DNA of 64,000 nt. Source: the human T2T-CHM13v2.0 reference genome, Homo sapiens. Shown here in pieces: positions 1-13,460 of the stretch. Location: the NCBI RefSeq assembly GCF_009914755.1, contig NC_060927.1. One strand, written 5' to 3'. The stretch's first letter is position 1. The number at the start of each line of letters is the position of its first letter. The notes under the pieces were generated by a model, which saw only the letters and a list, made by a program, of their open reading frames with translations, was not told the DNA's origin and made no database searches. Both the position numbers and the translations under genes were made by a program.

Positions 1-77
1 ACATGTAGAAGGAGGTATACTTCTTATTCCATGAAAGGTCATTTTTCTCCAGACTTTGAGGTCTTCATTGACACTCT
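1..77 (-). other. VEPH1: VEPH1 5'UTR part of the first coding exon (acceptor side; the ATG lies beyond the left edge of the window)
   Basis: Minus-strand acceptor tgtcatttgtttcccttgcAG|AGAGTGTCAATGAAGACC (AG at 79-78). The exon sequence matches my recollection of the VEPH1 mRNA leader preceding MHQLFRLVLG; the neighbouring SLC66A1L exon supports the locus identity. Confidence 0.75.
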
Positions 78-537
78 CTGCAAGGGAAACAAATGACACA
101 ATGTAGCCACTGGCAGAATGGCATAAGCTCAGAATGTGAACTCAGTGTCCAGCGGAGAGAGAGAGAAAAAAGAAACTTGGAAACATGTGCCTAGACTAAT
201 AGATCCTGGCTTAATGATCTTTAAATGAACTCTTTCCTTGTTTTTGTCTCAAAAAGTCTTGTCAAAAATTACTAGGTTTCTCCAGAATTTAATTTGAACT
301 TTAAAAGTCAACATGAGCCCTACGCTTTTCTCCTTTCTACATCCTTCTCTTCTCTCCATGTCACAAGGAAAAACAACAATCATGCCTAACACTTGCCAGA
401 TTTTCCTCAAAAAGATTCTCATGGGAATCAAACAGAAAGGGAGAACAAAAGGAAAAGAGGGAGCATAGGAAACATCTCCTAGACCCACTTCCTTGAACCC
501 TTTCTTCCAGAACCTGGACACAGAAACCAGTGCTTAC

Positions 538-700
538 CTCTTGGTTGGGCTGCCTTGCTACGCTAGCAGTAGAAGTTCCCTGCTCTGTCAGTCAAAAAGG
601 TGACCTCAGTACTTACCCTACTCCTACGTACTCTATAATCAAGTAGCAATAAAATAAAGATGCTGCTTAGGAGAATGGCGTTAGATAAATCTCTACTGAA
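538..700 (-). other. Two consensus 5' splice donors; possible minor alternative VEPH1 5' exon(s)
   Basis: Minus strand AAGAG|GTAAGC (exon end 538) and TAGG|GTAAGT (exon end 617). No upstream boundary identified. Confidence 0.25.
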
Positions 701-1479
701 CATGAAGATGAACTTTAACACTGAAATGAACATGATAGCCTTGCCATGTGGGCTAAAGAGGAGGGCTTTGGGATCAGGCAACTCTCCCTCTATTCCAGTT
801 GAAGTAATAAAGTCCCACTATATTTCTCACCCAATTAACAGTCTACAGAGAGGAGGGCAATGGCACAAATTAGACATCTGATTATTCTCATCAGCTCCCT
901 TCTGGGCCTAATAAAATCACAGACCATTTGCACTGGCAGAGACCTTAGTAATCATTTAATGTCCAGTGAGGTTTAATGACTGCCCCAAGGCCCCATAATA
1001 GCTGTGGCAAGGATAGTCTACTGATTTCAGTCCAGTGCACTTCCCTCACAGTTTACAGTAGAGTGGAATCACCTCATACATGTGGGTAGCTTACAAATGT
1101 AGCCACATGCTTAGTGAGAGCCAAGAGTGAGTTATTTAATACAAGTAATAGGCATTTCTACCTAGCATTTTACTCTGAATGGTTTGCCAGAAAGAGTGTG
1201 AAAAGGGAGAGGAGAATCTATTGTTTCCTTGGGTAGTCTCAGACCTCTCCTCTGAGCTATTGTTGTGAGAGCACCTCTTTGTGTTGAGTGCAAGTTTAAA
1301 GACACATACTCTTCAAACACCATGGCCTCAAAATACAAGCCAAAGCTTTCATTACACACTCAACTAAATAAGCTATCTGTAGTATTGTAAGTGGTACAAT
1401 TCATGAGTCATAGGGATTTTAAGGAAAATACTCTCTATATGCAATTTTTGTACTATCTACCAGCTTTTGAAAAATGAAG

Positions 1480-1700
1480 CCTAACACTTACATGCCTTTA
1501 TCTATGTACCAGGCATAAACACTTTGTAAATATTAATTCATCTAATCCTCATAACTATATGAAAATATGTCATCCCCACTTTGTAGGTGAGCAACCTGAG
1601 GTAGTTAAATAACTGCTAAAGCCATGCAGCTACAAAACTGGAGAGCTGGAATTTGAACCCAGAGACTCCAGTAGTGCTAGACTCCAAGTTCATAACCATT
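1480..1700. mobile_element. MIR SINE
   Basis: Typical MIR core: taatcctcataac...ccccactttgtaggtgagcaacctgagg...gagctggaatttgaacccag. Confidence 0.7.
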
Positions 1701-2152
1701 ATGAAATATTGACTCCATGTAAAATGTGAGGCTACTGTTAGGAGTAAAGGTCCTCAGAGCATTATTAATATTAATGATGAAGGTGTGAGCAGGGTTATCA
1801 AGCAAGAAAATGAATTCCTCTCCCCTTCTACACTGCTCCTGGATCCTTGCCCATTCTATGCCCTGAGATTTAGAGCAACCAGAGAGCAAGAGAGTCACAG
1901 GAGAAGACGCTTGGAGGAAGAGCAAAGGAGAGTGGTAAGCTTTCAGAGGGAGGTGGAGCACAGTGAGGTACTGCAAAGTAGTTCGCACCCTGGGAAATGT
2001 GGGAGGGTGAATCACAATATCTCTAAGGAAAATCAGCACAGTGTTTTCCTACATTTTTCTCTTAACACATTTTCCTCCCAGGCTCAGATATTTACAGTGA
2101 CAAGAGTCTCAGTAAAATAATATTCAGGAAAATTGGATGGAAATGACTTCAC

Positions 2153-2402
2153 CTGACCTGTCAGCTTGTTGGACATGTGGCACTCCATGAAGTACATTCA
2201 ACTGCCCCAGTCATAGATGCTCAGGAGCTCCAAGAAGGAGCAGTAATACGTGCTGGTACAGAGGAGCACCCCCAGGCTTTTCCTGGGCTCTTTCTGCACA
2301 CTCCACATTTACATGACACCTGGTGTGGAGTCCCACATTCATGCTGCCAACTTCAGCTCTTACTCTTGAGGGCCCATCACATGCAAAACATTGCTTTGGG
2401 CC
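2153..2402 (-). other. Candidate non-coding cassette exon in the VEPH1 5' region
   Basis: Minus-strand acceptor gatgtttctgtttAG|GG at 2404-2403 and donors CAG|GTCAGG / CAG|GTGAAG at 2157 / 2152; unique sequence, GC-richer than flanks. Confidence 0.3.
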
Positions 2403-2759
2403 CTAAACAGAAACATCAAGTTGTTTAACACACAGCCATACAGGAAAGCTTTCACAAACATAGGGGTGGAGTGGGGAGAGGTGAGACTTACACATTATTT
2501 TTCAAAGGGCTCTTTTGCACGTTTTCAACTGTGATCTTCAAAACACCTTCTACAATATGGGAGTGACCAAGAGAAAAATCTCCTGGATACTACAAAAAGA
2601 AGTTTGGGGAAGTACAAGGGAGAGAGAAGTCACTTCCAGGGGAAGATGATAATGAATAGCTTTATGGAGGAAATGGTATTTGAGAAGCACCTTTAGGATA
2701 GCTAAGATTTTTACAGGTTTTATTCAGTGCACTTGTGCTGAGTTCATACTAAGTCATCT

Positions 2760-3160
2760 GCTCATCTAGGAACCAAGGGTCATGTCCCAGCTCAGCTACT
2801 CAGCGATTATGGGACCTTTAGTTCATGTTGTTTTCCTTTCTTGAGACTTGGTTTTCTTATTTGCAAAATGGGGCTAATACACACCTCGTCTATTTCATCA
2901 GGGTGTTTTGAGGGTCACAGGTGATAAAGTGTAAACGAGCCCTTTATAAAATAATGGCACAACTGACATTTGGTGGGTGTTTGCCATGTGTCAGGTACTT
3001 ATCTCAGTGCTTCTCACATACTTAGCCACTTAATTCTTATGACAATTCCATGCAATCAAAAACTGATGTTTAGAGAGGAAAGTAACCACCAGCAGAGGCA
3101 CTTGAAGAGTAAGTTGCCAAGTCAGGATTGAAGGCAGCTGGTCTCCCAGGATAGTTGTAT
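2760..3160. mobile_element. Two adjacent MIR fragments in opposite orientation
   Basis: ggttttcttatttgcaaaatggggctaatac followed by gccatgtgtcaggtact...taattcttatgacaattcc...aactgatgtttagagagg. Confidence 0.6.
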
Positions 3161-3549
3161 TCATGACTGTGTGAGATAATTATTATTGAGCTGTCTCCCT
3201 TCCCATCAGCTCTCATCCAATGAGTACCTCCACATGCTGCACATCCCTTCCTAAATAAGGACTGGCAAGGCACATTATTTATTTTTCAGCAGCTCTCATT
3301 AATATTTTGCTCAGGTGTCTGGCTTCTCCTGCTGGTCTTTTTGCAATAGCAGGGAAGGTCAAAGCCAGATCAAATTCTACCTCATGTTCTGAGAAACTCC
3401 CTACCCTTATGAATGTCATAGTCCTGTGGCCTGTGTGCACGTGTACATATACATGTATCATGTACACACAAGCATACCATATACACACATGCACATATGT
3501 GCACATACTCAAAATACTTTCTACACATCAACCTTTTTGCTAGACACTA

Positions 3550-3700
3550 GATGCTTTCTTCTTTTAGTTCTCCCATCAACTCTGCAGGTAGATATTACCA
3601 CCTAAGAGGAAACAGGACCAGTGAGGTTAAGTATCATGCCCAAGGTTACACACAGAGCCAATATTCACATTCAGGTAGGCCAGACTCCAAAATCTCATAT
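3550..3700. mobile_element. MIR fragment
   Basis: gaggaaacaggaccagtgaggttaagtatcatgcccaaggttacacac...ccagactccaaa. Confidence 0.6.
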
Positions 3701-3849
3701 TTTTTGTATGATTTTTAAAAGCTGGCTTATAAAATTCTTACAGCCTTTAATTTGCTTCCTTCATAATTTCCTTCCCTAATCTTTAAGGGGTTCTAATCTG
3801 AGGCCCACCTTCTCATTATTTAGTTTTTTTTTTTTTTTTGGCAGGTATT

Positions 3850-4480
3850 TGCTGGCGAATCAGCTTTCTGTAGGGAGAAACAGAAACCACAAAAACAGAA
3901 ATGATGGCGCAAAACGTGGCACATTTCAGGGAGTCACAGCTGTCCCGCGCAAACTCGACTTTACCTGCGTGCTACTCCTCAAAGGCGCCCTTGCAGTTAC
4001 TCAGCTGCATGGTTTGAGACTGGGCGGGAGATTCAGGCAGGCTCCGAGGGCACAGCGAGTGGAATCCGCTCAGCTCAGTGAACCTGAAGTTGTTCATTGC
4101 GGAGCCGGTGCCGGGTGGAAGAATTCAAGGAATGCAGCCTGATGCCACCGGCAGCCCCAGAGACCGGTCAGGTGACAGGCTGCACCTCACCCAGCGGAGT
4201 TACCTCCCAGTGCAACGCTCTGTTTCCTGAGGTGAAACACAAAGCCTGCTCCAGTAAAGGAGAGTTGTTTTTAACAGAGAAAACAGAACTCCCTGTGTTC
4301 GTGAAAATCTATACTTTCCCAGGGAAGAATGGGGGGCGGGGGCGAGCCACGCAGGAAACAATTTTCAACAGAACTCAAGCAGGTGAACGGAATGGCTGTA
4401 GGGAGCCACCTCTCAGAGCTCCAGGGGAGGAGAAGAGAACTGCAGCTTCATTAACACTTCCCTCTCCCTGAGATCTCACA
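3850..4480 (-). promoter_or_regulatory. Small CpG-enriched promoter (proximal VEPH1 promoter)
   Basis: Local CpG enrichment against an AT-rich background; GGGGGGCGGGGGCG Sp1/KLF box at ~4331-4345; GGAATG motifs at 4129 and 4389. Confidence 0.6.
3965..4230 (-). other. VEPH1: VEPH1 alternative first (non-coding) exon; 5' end approximate
   Basis: Donor GCAG|GTAAAG (GT at 3964-3963) at the end of a CpG-enriched patch; GC box just upstream. Confidence 0.65.
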
Positions 4481-5359
4481 AACGTTTTGGAAACACTGAG
4501 TGTTCGTCCAGTAAGAGTCACCTCCTAAAGAAAGTATCCCTTTACTCTGCCTCTAGAGTAAAATTGTTGAAAGTTGAAGTATGCGGGAAGTTGCTAATAA
4601 ACAGAACAAACTTCACAACATACGTACTCTCTTTTTTTCGTTATTTGCTGGGAAGCTATTCATAGAAATCCACGTGGACCAGAAATATTGGATTTGTACT
4701 TTTAAATATTGCAGCAACACTCAGGCAAAAGGTTTATCCTGCTTAATCTACTGACACTCCGATGGAGAAAAGGGCACTGGAACCTTCCTTTATTCTTTAA
4801 ACAGTTAACAGTGCACTTTAAAAAGCAAGGTTTTTAAGACTGCATTCTTCTCGACCCCTAAGTCGTCTGTTCCTGTGGTAGATCTATAGCTATATCAAAT
4901 CATCTCACTTCTGGCAATGTGTACAGGCAGCTATCCTGCAGATAATCTCATCTTTGTGCTCACTAGGGTGTGTCTACTCAAAGGGTGTGGTCAGGGTGGC
5001 CACAGTTAAACCAGGTCATATGTTCCAGGAGAACGACCTCGTAAATCTGCCTAGACAGTTGGTGATCAATCATATTTTTATGCCATCCACATTTGGAGAA
5101 CTATCCCCTTGAAGAATTCCTTTATAAAAATCAAGAATCCAGTCATTCATGAGTAGCTGTATTTTTTCATTAGTAGTTTTTCTAATTTACAATATACTAA
5201 TGAAGTTTCGTCTTTTAATGGAATAGATGATATTGCTTTAGCCTTCCCTTTTAATCCTCTATTCATTATTACTGATTTTTAATCCCTAGATTTTTATCCA
5301 GTTTTATTTTTTTAAAGGGTGTAGAGTCCTGAATTGGACACTCTATGGAACTCCAGTAA

Positions 5360-5600
5360 GAAGAGCAGAGTGATAAGAGTATGGGAATCTAGACTCAACT
5401 GGATTCCAAGCTCAGCTATGCCATTACCTGCAGTGTAAATGTGGGCAGGTTAATTAGACTCCCTGAGCCTGGAATTCCTCCTTTGCTCCTGAGGATTGTG
5501 ATATGGGTTGTTGGGAGGTTTAAGGAGATGATATAAAACATTTAACACAGAGCCTGGCATATGGCAACCACAGAAAAAGTGCCAGCAATCATATCCTTAA
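5360..5600. mobile_element. MIR SINE
   Basis: gagtgataagagtatggg...ctggattccaagctcagctatgcc...tgggcaggttaattagactccctgagcctgg. Confidence 0.65.
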
Positions 5601-7846
5601 GAGTACTATTATTCCTATAGATGGTCCACCAGTTAACACATCCCCATGCCATACCTTTTAAAAATTAATACATGACTGTACTGTTCACTAAATTGGGTTC
5701 ACAGAGCTAAAGATGTTTAGGTTGTTTCCATTTGAGCCATATTTATATCTTTGTTGTCCTTTCTCTATCTTAGTCATCCTGTCCTTACCTCTGGGTTGTT
5801 CACTTTTCATCTGTAAACTTCATTCTCTTGAATGGGTCCCTGTTGATTTTTTGGCAACCTTATCTTGTTTCCTGGAGAGATAGTTTTACGGTGATCCTAC
5901 CCACACCAAGGTTGAACAATAACAGTGAATGTTTTTACAGAGCAGAAATGGGCTAGAATACAATGTATCTCAAACTTTTTGTGGCTGGGTAATCCAAACA
6001 CCTGAGTTTTCCACGGAAGTGTAGCACTCCTTCCCGTGTTTATTAGTGAGAAAGGAGTGACCCTCCAGGGCTCCAGCTACTTTCTTTACTACTTTTCAAG
6101 GTGACGTACACTCAATGCCCACTAATAAAACATTAGTGGCTTACTCTATTATGCATCTGTAGATTCTGCTAAATGAAAATATACATGAACTGGAGGACTT
6201 AATCGCCACACTATTGGGATACTGCCTATAGAATAATTGAAACTCTTGGGGGAGATTTCAATCACCATAATTAACTCAAGAAACCAACTTATTCTGAAGA
6301 ATTCAGCCTCTAGCTTGCAACTTAGGTTAGGGTATACCCTGGCTTCCTCACTTCAGAAAATTCTAGAATGACAATATTTATTTACATTACGCTTTAGACT
6401 ACATTACTCTGCATCAAAACATTTTCATTTTATTCACCTGTATTAAAAATGCTCATTAACAAACTTAGACCCATTTGGGCTCTAGAAACTTTCAATAAAG
6501 TTCTCAGATTTTTCCCTTGAAAGAAAGGATTACAGATTCTTTTGAAGGAGCATCTTTTTCACACAGCGTGAAAGGACTACAGGCGTTCCCATGGGAATTG
6601 GCTGCATACATTTCAGCCCTTCCCACAAGATGTCTATTGTTCCCTGGATGTCTCTGGGCTTCCTTGGCTGTGGCGTGCTGCTACACTTCACTTCTACTGA
6701 AAGCCTCTGAGTCTGGCTTATTCTAAGCAATGCTAAAGGCTTCAGCCCTGTCTTTTTGCTAGAGTACATACGATCTAAGTTTGTAGCAGGCTTATTTCAT
6801 AAGTACATGAAAAAAATAGATTTGGTGACCTATTTAGTCAAGAGCCCAAAAAACTACTTAATTTTGATTACCTATTTCAACTTATTAAAACACAAATAGG
6901 AAACATTTCCTTCAAAAAGGATGAGAAACACTTATCTTCAAGTCTAATAAACTTTCTAAAATCAAGGCTTTTGTGACTTGTCATAATTTTATAGTGTATT
7001 CATTTTCACCTGTAAATGTTGACTTTGTTGGTCATTTTTGCTCTGGAATAATACAAATCTTGCTGAAAAATCCTAATTCAAATTCGTGGGTTTGTTCTTC
7101 CAGAAAATGTACCAAAACTCTCAAACTACATGGAAAACTCAATGTTAAATGTATCTTCATTTACATTTAAGTTTCATGTACCAAATATCTATATGACCAA
7201 CTCAAATATTTCTCTAAATATTTTTTTCTGCTTTTTAAATCAAAAATATATAAATGTCATTTAATCCAATGGTTGATTACTACAACAATTTAAGTGTGTA
7301 TCTGAAAGAGTAAAAAAGTGGTTAGATTTAATTATGATTTGTAAGATATCTGAAACACCAAAGGAAAAAACGGCAGCAGCAACAAACAGTAATGGTGACC
7401 CTGTTCAACCCACTGACTGTAATGATGCTATAATATTTAATTTTCTTTGAAAATCCGTAGGCAGAGCCAGTTTCTTTGCTGGTTGCAAAATGTTGATTGA
7501 GGTAAACAAAAGTATAAAATAGAAATGAGACTAGATTATTACGGAGTAAAACAAAAATGCACATGATATGAATCTAGAAGCACAGCTTTCTGCTCCTGAG
7601 GCCTAGAGACATGTTTTAATAACCCACAGAGAAGTGGCATTTTTACTCTAATAACCGAAATGCCTGCATACATGGCTAGACACACAGCTCCCAAATGTGC
7701 TTTATCTGCATAATCAGCCAGCCCCTGGAAGTTTCTCAGCTCCATTCTCCTATCCCCCACTCTTTGCTTCTTTGCAGCCTCTGACATTTACTTTAATTAG
7801 CTTTTGTTTTTGCTGAACAAAAGGTCATGAAAGAAGATAGCCATAC

Positions 7847-8180
7847 CTCTTTGCACAGGAATCTCTGGTCATAGAAAATAGAAGGCAAAATCCTTGATCT
7901 TTAGAGCACTGCAGCTGGGACCCATGACCATGCTCAGAGGCAGCCTTGCAGCTGCTGCCCAGTCCTGTGGGCTGCAGCCGCGTCTCCCTGAGCTGCCTGT
8001 CAAGCCAGTGGTACATTTCATTCCCTCCCCATTGACTCACCGTGCGGAATCAGGCAAATGAGTAACTTTTCTTCTCTCTCCCAAACTTCTGCTTAGACCT
8101 AACAATTGGCGCAAAGCTTCACTTATTTCTACACTAGATTTACAGATTTCTCTGAGCAGATCTGTAGTTTGAAAGAATTA
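7847..8180 (-). other. VEPH1: VEPH1 alternative first (non-coding) exon with two possible donors; 5' end approximate
   Basis: Donors AAAGAG|GTATGG (exon end 7847) and ACG|GTGAGT (exon end 8041); GC-richer unique patch. Confidence 0.55.
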
Positions 8181-9019
8181 GATTTGCCTAACAACCAGTA
8201 ATTTAGGTTCTGTTAATGAATAACTCACTTTAAGAAATCAAGGAAGTTTTAGGTTAATATCAGATGTGGGGCCTTTTAGCAGGCATCAGGAAAAAGGCTT
8301 GGGGAGGGAATGCAGGAAGGGAAGCACTGGAATGAAATGGTATTTAAGCCAAATATGATAGAAGAAAAATACCACAAGAGAAGCAAAATAGCTAGGGTAA
8401 AGGAGCAAAAGTCTAATTATACTATTGGTATTGCTTACGAAACACACAACAACTTAATGAAACTTCCCTGGTAGCACTAGAGATTTTTCTGAACCCTCAT
8501 GGTTCCTTCTTGCATCCACTCAAATTTCTAACTCCTTCCTTTTACCATCCAAATATAGAACTCATCTTTTCAAACCTAATTCATTGGGGATCCCTCACAA
8601 GCACTCCCACATCGCCTCATCTCTCTCTCTCTTTTAAGGAGAATGCACTTTAAAACCTCTAATGCATAAATTAATTGGTGGTGCCCAGTGGATTATTATA
8701 TCTAGAGGCTCTTCTCTCCCTTTAAGTGTATGGCATGGGCTTTCTTCCCTTATTGATCTGAGGTTTTGCCTTCACATAAAGTGATAAAACATTTCTGAGT
8801 CTCTCCCGACCGGAACTTTCAGTCAAACCATGTGAGGGTAACAGGGAGGGTGGGGGCGGGGGCTGCAGTGGGGAAAGTCAGGTGTAAGATGTACAAGTGG
8901 AAATAAAAATATTTCCATTCAGTGGCAATCATGCTGCATGTAAAAAAATTACTAGTCCAATTAAAAGGACTACTCATGGGGTGAAGATTACTTTCTCTTG
9001 TGTTTGACACTCAACATTC

Positions 9020-9460
9020 ACTTACTCTACTTTTAGTCAAAACTGCACCCAAATTTCCCTTGGGAAACCATGTCCTTTGGGTACAGCTGATGCCCATAAA
9101 CAGGATGGGCCTTAATTGGTCTTACCCAAATTAGAGTAATTGCATTCCTGTGATCATAGTGACTAATGCAGGGCAGGTGTGCGACCCCTTCTAGGCCAAT
9201 GAGAGGACAATGATGAAAGCTCAGCTTTGGGAGTAAAAAGTCTAAGCTGCTGGACTTGATGATAAGAAGGTGTAAGGTCTGGCTGCTATTGCCCTCTTGC
9301 CACCAAGAAAACTGTTGACTTCATTTGGGCCCCTTAAACCACCTGCCCCTAATGCTAGCAAGACCTACCCTTCAGTGTACACTAATAAATTCCTTAATAG
9401 CTTAAGTGATTTTAGATTGGGTTTTCTGCCATTTACCATTAAAAAATTTCCACCTGACAG
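9020..9460 (+). mobile_element. Old ERVL-type LTR (LTR16/MLT-like)
   Basis: gacccc...ggccaatgagag, AATAAA, and a characteristic 3' end gcttaagtgattttagattgggttttctgccattt. Confidence 0.5.
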
Positions 9461-10266
9461 AATCAGCCTAACCTAGTTTTGTGGGAAGTCTCTCCTGGGT
9501 GCAGCTCATTGAAAATTAAGTGGACTAAGAGACTCAACAGGAACTATCTATGACAAATGGGCTCCTTCAGTGACAACCACAGGCTTCCTCTGACAACTAG
9601 CAGATGCAAGAAAGGCCTGGAAAGGAATGTAGTCATTCAGTGTACCTGAAAACAGGACCTTCTAAATTATTTTTTCCTAACCAGCTACATAGTCATTTCC
9701 TCAATACTTGAGTCCCCCAAAATAATTAAATTTAATCTCTTAGACTTGCCTGGCAGTACCTAGCCACATACCATTTGACCTCAATACCCTTGTCATGGAA
9801 TCCATCCATTCATACACAATTTTCAAAAATTTCCTAAAATCACTTACGCTATTAAGGAATTTATCAGTGGACACTGAAGGGTGGAGCTTGCTAGCTTTAG
9901 GGGCAGCTGGTTGAAGAGGCCCAAATGAAGTCATCAGGTTTCTTGGTGGCAGAATGGCAACAGCAACCAGATATTACACCTGTTTGTCAAAAATGTATTT
10001 GAGTAATCAGTTTTACAGAGTATTGCTTTGTCTTTATTTTTCCCCTCTGTTCTTGTCTAACTCTCACTCCTTCCCCTCCTTTGGGAAACTTGAAATAAAA
10101 CATTGTCTGTAACCACAAAATCAGACAAAGACGTTTTCTTTACAGAAAAGAGGTAAATTCTAAGGCAACTTACATAGGTGAGTTACATATAAACACTGAG
10201 AACTTCTGAATGATTTCATTTTCTATAAACAGTTTTTCTTACCTGTAATCATGAAAGCTCCTGTAA

Positions 10267-10750
<484 letters not shown>

Positions 10751-10829
10751 TAAGAACAGGAATAGGGCCCTATGGCTAAGGTTTATTCATTTTTTTTCAT
10801 TATAATAAAGAACATTTTGATAAAACATG

Positions 10830-13460
10830 CTCCCAAATTAAAGAAGACTCATTATTCTCCCAAACTAGCTCCTCCTTCCGTGTTTATTTTGGTGAGGGCC
10901 CTCACCATCTACCAAGTATACAAACAGGAAAGCTGAGTGTCATCCTGTATTTCTCCCCTTCCTTTTCTTACCCACATCCAGTGACTCTCTGGGTCTTATC
11001 TATTCTGTGTCCTTAACATTCTGGATAGATCCCAAGGTGGCCCTCGATGATCCACTTTCCGGTGTTTATTTCCCCCTTGTGTAATTTTTCCCACTTGAGT
11101 ATAGGTGAGACTTGTGACTTGCTTCTAATGAATAGAATGAAGTAAGATGATAAAATGCTATTCCTGTGATTGCCTTATATTGCTAAGGCTCCATATTGCT
11201 GGCAAACTTCCTCTAGAGAGTCTCCTTGCTGGACTGATGGAGTAATGGGCCATGTTGAGAAAGCCCACATGACAAAGAACTATGAGTAGAGTCTAGGAGC
11301 TAAAGGTGGCCTGCAGCCAACAACCAGCAAGAAGCCAGGGCCCTCAGTCCTTCAGACACAAATGAATGAATTCTTCCAACAACCTTAGTGAACTTGGAAG
11401 ATCCCCAGACAAGCTTCCACATGAGAACACAGCCCAGCCAATGCTCTGGCTACAGCCCTGTGAGATTCTGAGCAGAGGAACCATCTAAGCCAAGACTGAA
11501 CTCTTAGCCCACAGAAAGTATGAAATAATAAATGTGTGTTGTTTAAGTAACTAAGTTCATGGTAATTGTTACAGAGTAACAGAAAATGAATATACAACCA
11601 TTTTCCCCCTATCTACTGTCATAGATAAATAGCTATTGTCTTTGTAAATTCTTCATCCTTTCTTGTCTGGCTATTGACATTAGTCTCTTCAAAGGTCTCC
11701 CTGCCTCTAACATGGCCTCTTCAACTTCATTCTCACTTCTGCCACTAAATCAGCTTTCTAAAATAAAATATGATATATGAATCTCTGCTTAAAATTCACA
11801 AGTGGCACCCATTACCTGAGGATGAAATCAAGTTCCTTTGCTTGGCACACAAGGGACTTTGTAATCTAGTCTGCACCTGACTCTTCATCTTTGCTTCCCT
11901 TGCTTATGCACACACAACCCTGTGTAGTGAGGTCACTACACTCAGAATACATCCAAGAGCCTATCACTTTTCACCATCTTTACTACCACTGTTGTCTGTG
12001 ATCAAAACACCATCATCTCAACTCTAACTTGGATTATTGCAATGGGTCCCTGGATTCTGTCTTTGGTATGCGAAAATATAGTCTAAACAGAGCATCCAGG
12101 TGATCCTACTAAAATACAAGCCAGAACTGACTCTCCTCTATTCAATACAGTGCAATTGAATGGCTCTACATCTCACCCTGAGTCAAAGCCAGAGTCCTTT
12201 CAATGATTAACAAAGCCCTATATGATATGGCTTCCCCATCTCCCCCACATCTTCCACTTTATCTCTTACAATTCTTTGTTTTGATCTCTCTGCTCCAGTT
12301 ACACTGGAGCTACACAGAGTTTCCTTGTTAATCCTTGGTCACAATAGGTAATTCCCACCACAGAGCCTTTGCATTCGCTATTCCCTCTGCCTAGCAGGCT
12401 TTTACTCCAGAAGTTCACATGGCTTGCTTCTTCACTTCCTTCATATCTTTACTATACATTACCCATACATGTTTCCCTTGATCAATCTCTGTAAAAGAGC
12501 AACATACCCTCCCTTCCAGGCATGTCTCGTTTCCTGCTTTATTTTCAAATTTTTGTCCATAGCACTTACTATCAACTGACATACTATAAATTTACTTATT
12601 TCTTTTTAAAAATTACCCTTCTCTCGCCACTGTCTCTAGAATATAAACTTTATGAGGGCAGATACTTTATTTGTTCGCTTGATCCCTAGACTTTGACATG
12701 GTATCTGGCACTTAATATGAACCTGAGTTGTTGAATAAACTTTGAATAAATGGGTGAAGGTAATTTAAGCTCAATCAAACTCTCCATGCAAAACTGTGAT
12801 TTAGAAGTAAACGATCTGGTGAAGGATGACTGTAGAAACCACTGTGTCATTGAATTTGGTAGCAGAAAGCTCTGTCCTTCATGGGCAGATGTGGTAGCAA
12901 GAGCAAGTTCCTGGCTCAGCATTGGCACCTGTGGGGGCAGTGGTGGTTTCCCATAGGACCTAGTACAGGAGCAGCAGGGGCTTCCTCATAATGCCTGTTC
13001 TCCAGTGTGGTTTTGATTATTCAGTTCTCCCAGCAATTTTGTGAATTTCCATTATCATAATAAAATCCATAACTGTTTAGTCACCCAAGAAATGCTTCTG
13101 TCACTTGCAACTAAAAAACCCTGACTGATGATATATACTCGTCACTCTCCCTTCTACTTCTGTGCCTTGCTCCTGCCAGTCCCTCAATCTCAAACACCAT
13201 GATCTGTCTATAAAATGCCAACTCATCTTCCAACCATAACTCTTACCTCTTCCTCTCTGGAAAGATATGCATGCCTAGTAGAGCTGATCACATCTTCCTT
13301 TGTCTCCACAGGGTAACTCCTACAGACCTCTACTATATAATTCTCATTCTCTCCCACTAGCTGACAACCCCTCAAGGACAGGCATGAGGTTTTAACTCAT
13401 CTGAGGAACCTCAGCTCTACTACTATTAGCACAAGGAAAGAATTCAATAAAAAATTCATG
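10830..13460 (+). mobile_element. Fragmented L2 LINE(s), interrupted by LTR elements
   Basis: L2 motifs: caccatctaccaag...gtcatcc, ttggattattgcaatggg, cagagcctttgcattcgctattccctctgcctag, and 3' tail ttgttgaataaa. Confidence 0.65.
11030..11596 (+). mobile_element. MLT1 (MaLR) solo LTR nested in L2
   Basis: cttgtgacttgcttctaatgaatagaat...cagccaacaaccagcaag...aataaatgtgtgttgtttaag...gaaaatgaatataca. Confidence 0.8.

Noticed and set aside
3433-3510. Alternating purine-pyrimidine stretch and ORFs 3279-3543
   Set aside because: Degenerate (CA/TA) low-complexity sequence.
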